Of a DNA stretch of 64,000 nt, positions 56,735 through 64,000 are shown in pieces. How positions within the stretch are numbered: the stretch's first letter is position 1; the number at the start of each line of letters is the position of its first letter. The position numbers were made by a program, and so were the translations under genes. Below the pieces are notes generated by a model, which was not told the DNA's origin, ran no database searches, and saw only the letters and a list, made by a program, of their open reading frames with translations. Origin of the DNA: Macrostomum lignano (Eukaryota); contig NIVC01000048.1 in NCBI GenBank assembly GCA_002269645.1, positions 124,001-188,000 of the forward strand. Reading direction: 5' to 3'.

Positions 56735-57760
56735 ACAAGGGGTGTCCTTAAACATTACTCTTTAAGAGGCAACAAGGGTAACAGCAACTGATTTATTTCA
56801 TAGTGCCTTTACTTACAAATGACACGAACTTATATATCATGAACTTTTCAAAAGTTATGCTTTCTTCGCTGCATTGGGATACTGCATCTCCATCCATGAA
56901 AAGGAACTTGGATGCTGCATAAGCTTTGGAGTACAAGTACCAGGAAACCGCAAGTCAGTTGTCTTTCAAAAAAAAGTTCAAATGTATTTCTCAATGGCAA
57001 CTGAGACCTCAATATAGTCACCCTTCAGTTGGATGTACATTTTCTACTAGGTAAGCATGTTGTCAATGGCATCTGCATACATCTGCCTTGGCATTTTGTG
57101 GACAAGAATCTGTATGCCCCATATCTCCCACACTTCATGTCTCCGACACTTTAAGTCTCCGATATTTCAAGTAGAGATTGTTATATTAGATATATTAGAC
57201 TACAGCTTCACTCTTCAAACCAATGGTACACCATGCTCCAAGACACTGCTTCAGACTTACAAATAAAGCTCAGCTGTGTCAAAATTCCAATTCCATTAAA
57301 CCTCACATCAGAGGATATAGGCTGAGCAATATTGTGCCATCTTTGAGTAGACATCTATGGATCCACAGATTAGAAAGACTTTCTGGCAAGCACTTGGCAA
57401 CAAAGGCTTTAGGTTACTGTATGTCTCAAAATGAGTCTCTTTCAGTGGCTATTTCAGAGTGTCACACAAGCAGAAGCAAATAAAACTTATATAAAAGATA
57501 TAGAAATAGAAAGTGATGATGTGGCACACACTAGAATTTTTTGCCCCTACTATGAGATTTCTAATTGTAGTTCAGTTTTTTGTTCATATTTGTGTATTAA
57601 GATATAGTATCCCACTGCAGTTAAGGAGGCATAACTTTTGAAAAGTTTGTGATATTTTCAAAATTCTTTCACTGTCATTTGTAAGTAAAGTGCTATGAAA
57701 TAAATCAGTTGCTTTTATTTTTGCTGACTATTAAAAAGAGTAATGTGAAAAGGGCCATTC
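56735..57760. mobile_element. Degenerate non-autonomous DNA transposon with long TIRs (Tc1/mariner-like)
   Basis: 56785-56890 is the inverted partner of 57600-57712 (ACTGATTTATTTCATAG...CTTTTCAAAAGTTATG); left end resembles TACAAGGGGTGTCC. Confidence 0.55.
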
Positions 57761-59490
57761 TATATAATTATGGTCATAACATGACAGACTATTTTTACTT
57801 ATAAAATGAAATCTAATAATAGAATATACTAAACCAATATTTCGAATGAAAGATTATTTTGTCAAGAATATATTTATAAAGTATCATATAGATATCATCA
57901 ATAGTATAGATGCTAATAAACCTTGAATGGCACTTATGGTCGTAACAACAGGATTTTTGATATATAGAAACTAAAAGGTAAAAGTCTTATAACATTTTTC
58001 ATTTTTGATATTTTGTAATATTTTTTTAAATTTGACTAAGAACATCTTTAGAAGTCATACTCTTTTATTAGAATATATAAACTCAAAAAGGCAACAAAGA
58101 TACAAAAGAAAAGGCAGCCTTATGGTTGTAACATTATGGTCGTAACATATTTTTTTGTCAATTCAGTAACTTTGAGGTACTAATATATTAAAAATATAAT
58201 AAATTATATGGTTGCTAATGTTTTTATCTGATGATGCAAGTACTATAATTTTATATAAAGTTTGTTTTAACCCTCTAAAGCTTTCCCTTTTTTAAAAGGT
58301 ACATAACTTAATGATGTCTTTTGCTTAGAAAATGTCTAATTTTTTACAAAAATAACTTTTTGCCAATTGATAACATACTAATCCAACATTTTATCATTTA
58401 TTTATTCTTAGATTGTATACATTACATATAAAAAAATTGGTAAAAAAATGGCTGATAAGGCAATGACAAGCAAAAATATTGACTTTTTTCTATTTTCCAA
58501 ATATGTTTATCTCATATGGAATGGGCCAAAAAGTCATAAGACTTTCTGGACACCCTTCATAGTACAATTTTTATTCTTTGTTTTCTGCCTATTGTTTTTT
58601 GTGCTGCCCTATGGACTCTACATTTAATGTAACTACTTTGTATACACAAAATATTTACTTACTAGCTACATTAGTTTGAATGACAAAGAATTTATAAATT
58701 CACCTTATTTACTGCTTTTTTGTTCCAAACAATATACTTAGCAATGCACTTTGGTGTGCATAATACATTGTAACACCTTACATATTGATTTCTGGCTTTG
58801 TCCTTATGACACTTTATTATTTGTTTATTGGCTATGAGTACGAGCTAAGCAATAATATAATAATAAGACTAGGCCTAAAAGATTTAATTATAATTTTAAT
58901 AGGCTTTATTTTTACTTCTTATAGTTGCATTTTGAAAATCTGCAAAAAAAGTTATAAAGACTATCAGCTACTTAATGTTAGATAAACAAAAAAATTATTT
59001 TTGAAAATTTGTACAATTATATATTTGGTAGAATCAAACATTGTCTATGCACTTCTATACTTAATAAGACTCGTATCTACACACTTTTATATGTTCCACT
59101 AATAATTAACCAACTTACAAGGGCTTATCCAAAACGTAGCCTTTTCATTATATGAGGGGCACTAAAAAGTTCTAAGCCTGACCAAGATCCCATGGTCACA
59201 AAGCACTGAAAATTGATCCTTTAACACAATATGTTAATGTTTTGACAAAAATTTCAGCTCTCTAGGCATTACTAAAGTTCCATAGGACCTTAATATTTTC
59301 AGCTACCTATGGCAAATTCTCAAGAACTAAAAATGAAGTACAGGATAGTGATCAAATTTCTGACCTTAAAGGGCTCAAAAGCTGCTGAAATCCAAAGTTG
59401 CTTGGCTGCCATATATCCTAGGGCTGCCCCCTCATATGCCACTGTCAAGCATTGGGCAGCCAAGTTCAAGCGTGGCCCCGACTCTCTCAA

Positions 59491-61037
59491 CAGGGTGACC
59501 GCGCTCCAGTAACTTTTTTCTTCCCTGACTAAACTAAATTTTCCCTGACACACTAAAAGTAATAGAAGAAGCTCAGTGATAGTTGTGCACAATAATTTTA
59601 TTGCAACAAACTGTTGCGCATTAAAAAGTCAGCAATGTTGAGATTAATTTAATTTGAATTGAAGTTGAAACAGCGCATGTATTGGCAATAATTTGTTTGA
59701 ATTAATAATGAAAAATTAATGCACCGGAAACTGACCACAAAAAACGTAGTGTTTGATAAAAAATTGCATGAAAAATATCAAGTACTAACTTTTATTGTAT
59801 GTGGCGCACAGTAAAACAAAGTTAAGAGATGTAGCACTGTAGTTAAAATTGAGTTCAATGAGGAATCGTACCTTCAAGTGCTACAATCTCTTTCTCTACC
59901 TTCTCCACTTCTTCCTTTTTCTGTTGTGCAGCACGACGCAGTGCATTTGACTTCACGAGTAGGCTCATGTTTGAATCCGTCTCACGTTGGTACACGAGGC
60001 TATCCGCATCTTTGGTGAGAACTGCAACATCAAGCAGGAGCTTCTTTTGCTTCGACTGGAGCTCCAGCACCGTTGCATCCTTCCTTTTCCTTGATTCCTC
60101 GTATTTCCGATGAGATGCTTCTGCTCGCTGCTGCTCCAACATGGCCCTGTACCTACTCCTGGCACTTCTCACACTCTTCAACATCTCCTCGGTAACTTTC
60201 GCGATGATTTCAGCGGCAGTCTTTCCCTTTTGCCACTCGTACACAAGTCGGAGAGAACGAATGCTCAATCCCTGAAGATTTGGTTCTAGGCACTCTTTGT
60301 TGACACTGAAGCCGCGCTCAACAGCAGCATTCCCATGGAAGGTTGTCAGAACCATCTTCACAATGATCTGCAAATTATTGGTACTCGTTGAATCAGTGAA
60401 GAGGGAAGCAAAGAGGACATCAAGTCGGTCTGACTTATAGTCGAATTGAGACAGCTGAAATCGATGCTCACGAACTGTAACAGTTCGAAACTGGGTGAAC
60501 TCGGACTTTGCAGCGTCAGCTTCCTGTGCAGTGATGCGTCCCTTAGTGTAGGCTTCCAGGACAAGCGCATCAAAATCCGCTTGAGCCGGTGATGAGGATG
60601 GTGGGTCACTATCCAATTCTGCCACCAGCACAGAAAAACAAAATATACACCTTTCTATTAATGGCCTGGTTAATATATTATCATAGTATGGACTATATAT
60701 TTTACTGTCAGTGTGATTAGCACAGCAATTATAGATTAGCAATATGTAGGCCTACAAGCCCATAAATTATTCATTTAAGAACAAGTATCTGCCAATTTCA
60801 AATAAATACCAGCTTTTAAAAACAAAAATACATGGAACAAACAAAACAGATTTACTATTTGAGCTACTTAGTGCTATCGATTAGCCGCTTTCTTGTCTCA
60901 CAATTTTTTTCTTCAATTTTCTAATTTACTTTCAAATTTTCCCTGACTTCCTAAGAATTTCCCTGACTTTCCCTGACTTTCCAGACCACATTTTTTTCCC
61001 TGACTTTCCCTGACTTTCCCTGACCGCGGTCACCCTG
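59491..61037 (-). mobile_element. Internally deleted hAT-like DNA transposon (1,547 bp) with a 5-bp TSD
   Basis: 13-bp TIR CAGGGTGACCGCG; TSD CTCAA (59486-59490, 61038-61042); removing it restores mariner KRGPDSLKDDPR. Confidence 0.85.
59855..60742 (-). pseudogene. C-terminal part of a hAT-like transposase
   Basis: VKMVLTTFHGNAAVERGFSVNK resembles the hAT C-terminal dimerisation motif, followed by a coiled-coil tail; N-terminal catalytic region absent. Confidence 0.6.
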
Positions 61038-61988
61038 CTCAAAGATGACCCTCGATGTGGACGCCCTAGACTGCTGTCACTGCTGATAACATCCAGCACA
61101 TCCAGGCCCTGGTTGATGGCGACTGGCGGATAAAGGTCAGGGAACTTGCAGTAGACACTGGGCTTTTTGACCTACAGGTCATTAAGATCCTGCACTAGCA
61201 TCTTCATCTGTCGAAGGTCTCAGCCTGATAGATCCCACAAATCTTGACAAGCAACCAGAAGTCCGCGTGGTTGCAGTATGTGAAGCTTGTCCTGCAAACT
61301 TACAATCTAGATCCTGCCAGCTTTTTGTCTTGCTATGTGACCAGTGATGAGACATGGATCCACCATCATGATCCTAAGTTAAAGAAAGAGTTGAAGCAAT
61401 GGCTGCCAGTTGGTGCACCTGCACCACTGAAGGCACAGTCTGGATGCAATGCAGGCAAGATAATGCTCACTATCTTTTGGGATGCCAAAGGCCCACTGCT
61501 ACTAGACTTTTTGCCACACAAGCAGACAATCACAGGTGCCTACTATGCCAATCTAATTGCCCATATGCGCGAGGCAATCAAGGAGAATTGGCGGGGAATG
61601 CTGAGCCGTGGTGGTGCTGCTGCACGACAATGCACCTGCTCACACCAATGGGCTGGCAAAGGCAGCTGTCAATATTGCAGGGTTCCAAGAGCTGCTACAC
61701 CCTGCCTATTCACCAGACCTTGCCCCAAGTGACTTTTACCTATTTCCGCATCTTAAGCCAGCACTCTGTGGGCAGCAATTTGACACCAATGAGGCACTGA
61801 AGGATACTTCAACCTTCTGGTTCAAGGGGTGCTCAAAGCAGTTCTTTCAGAGTAGCATCAAAGCACTGCGATCAAGATGTCACAAGTGCATCTTGGTCAA
61901 GGAAGACTATGTAGAAAAAACTGATTGCATTTGCCCCAATTCTCTTTTTTTCATACTGAGGCTCAGAACTTTTTTAGTGCCACTCATA

Positions 61989-62390
61989 CATGCGCAACTT
62001 TGGGAATCACCCGGCCGTTTCTATTGGCAACACACACATGTAAGTCGCTATTGGCTGAGAGCAGTCACGTGACTACTACTCCGTCCAATAGCGACTTACA
62101 TGTGTGTGTTGCCAATAGAAACGGCCGAGTGAATCCCAAGGTTGCGCCCAAGCATGGTGCCACTTGTATCTTTTGTTCTGGTGATCCATTCCAAATAATT
62201 TCATTTTACATAGTTTTATAGTAGCAACTAGAGATAGAACAAATATTTCGTTCCATTCCTTTGCAACATGCACATGTAAGTTGCTATTGGACAGAATATT
62301 AGTCACATGACTGCTTTCAGCCAATAGTGACTTACATATATATGTTGTCAATAGAAACAGCTGGGTGATTCCCAAGGTTACGCATATATG
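61989..62390. repeat. Small element with long inverted arms, each itself palindromic (MITE-like)
   Basis: 61993-62147 forms a ~60-bp-stem hairpin; 62262-62390 is a diverged reverse complement of the same unit. Confidence 0.7.
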
Positions 62391-64000
62391 GGATTGAAAT
62401 GCCTTATACATGTAAGGCATGATTGATCAATGAGCGCGCATGAATTGTGCATAATTATATACTCAAGAGCATTACCGGATATTAAGATTTGCTTTGGTTG
62501 ACTGTGCATAGTAAGGTGGAAAGGTGGGAAGGCACATTTAGTCCTTTAATTTTCACAACTCCATATGGGACTTTATAGCAATCCTTGACACATTTTGATA
62601 GGAGAAATACCCATGTTACACAGTCGCATATATGGTCGCATAACACAAATACTCAAGATTCATTAATGCCCAGATGCATATGGGTATGAGTGCACATGGG
62701 TGACGCATTTGCATAGATATTTGCATTCAAAAATTTAACGTAATGAACATACAATCTGGTGTTACAAAATTGCAAAATTTGATCATTTAAAAAAAAACAA
62801 GGCAATTAATAAAACTAGTCATTGATATAACAAAAATTGTAAGCTATATAAGATATGCAGCTGTATTAACCCATTGTAAGGAAGGTGGCTTAGTGTGTGC
62901 CAGAATAATTTTTTGGGACAATCTATGCGCCATATTTGTGCCGATTATGCATCATCTGTGCCTTTATTTTATGTATTTTATGTAATTTATAAAATTTATA
63001 TGATTTATGTAAATTATATATTTTACAATAAATTTACAAAATTCTTAGAATGCATGCAGACTCACATACATGTGCAACAGTTGGCCGAGTCGGCTAATCC
63101 AGCCAACCAAGGAAGTTGCAAAAATGCTCACCCGAAAAAGCACCAAAGTAGTAGTACTAAGTAGCTGATGAGTCACATTTTTGGCCAAAAACTACGTTGC
63201 ATTTTTGTTAAAACTAAGTTGCATAGCTAACTGAATTTTGAAGGTTGTGTTTGTATATAGACTCAATATGCTATGCCAGTTTTATGCTAATAAAGATTCT
63301 ATTCTGATTCCTTATGCACCAAAGTTGTGCACAGCACTGCATATGTCAGGGACCTTATGTGCCACAATTATGCGCCACATGCGTTAGGGACCTCAGTGTG
63401 TACCATGATTGTATGCCGATGCCATATACGCTAGGGACCTCAGTGTGCACTATGATTGTGCGCCAAGGACCCCTAGTGTGCGCCGGAATTTTCCATGGCA
63501 AAGGCCACCTTCCTGACTATGGATTTCAATTACATGCAATTACATGCATCATTCATATAATGAAAAATTTTGTCACTTTGTCAACAAGCAAATGGGAAGG
63601 ACCTAGGCATCGGTCACTTTGTCAACCACTAATAAAGTCATCCCAATACTTTGGTCACTTTGTCAACCAAGTTGACAAAATGCCAGTTGACAAAATGACC
63701 ATCACCTGGCAATTGCTCCTCCCCCCTTAGCCTAAGCCTTAAGTAGGCACTTCAGTGAGAAAATTAAATTTCAGAAATTGTTATAGGCTGCTATTTCACT
63801 AGATAGATCTTACTTTCCCATTTCCAAAATGGCCAAACTTTAGTGATTTGGTTGAGTAATAAGGAAACTACAGCTATTTTAGTAACCCCGATTTGTGCCT
63901 TTAGCCAATGGAATTTTTACATTATGGTTTGTGATCATTTTTGGCCAAAAAGTTGGCTTTTTGTCTTTGAACACTTGTAATTAATTTTCTAGCCAACCAA

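Larger units (their letters stand above)
59153..61986 (+). mobile_element. Mariner (DD34D) element, ~1.28 kb after removing the nested insertion; pseudogenised
   Basis: TA TSD (59151-52, 61987-88); ~28-bp TIRs TGAGGGGCACTAAAAAGTTCT; ATG at 59309; motifs DDPRCGRP, TSDETW, LLHDNA, HPAYSPDLAPSDFYLF; stops at 61226-61231 and a frameshift near 61610. Confidence 0.92.

Overview
Eukaryotic (metazoan, invertebrate) genomic DNA with spliceosomal introns, GC-rich exons and dense minisatellites. The style is reminiscent of a free-living flatworm such as Macrostomum, but that is a guess. Left 40 kb: a tandem array of about four degenerate 8-16 kb units. The first three combine a GATAGCAAGC minisatellite, Helitron helicase remnants and an intronless secreted PAN/apple + C-type lectin gene; of the fourth only the lectin gene and its flanks are recognisable. 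There are 3 intact lectin genes, 1 inverted chimeric copy and 1 3' fragment. Nested in the array are solo LTRs, a foldback transposon with arms built from GCTAGC repeats, and a probably intact non-LTR retrotransposon (APE-RT-RNase H). That retrotransposon is flanked by an apparently identical 1,862-bp direct duplication whose two ends fall on the same motif in the opposite arms of the foldback. Right 24 kb: a 5-exon DCLK3-like kinase gene (one GC-AG intron, one apparent 1-nt frameshift), NDUFA8, an intronless RAD6/UBE2A gene, and a mariner element interrupted by a hAT-like element with a 5-bp TSD. Three 1-nt frameshifts all lie in G/C homopolymers, suggesting long-read indel errors. All alignments were done by eye.
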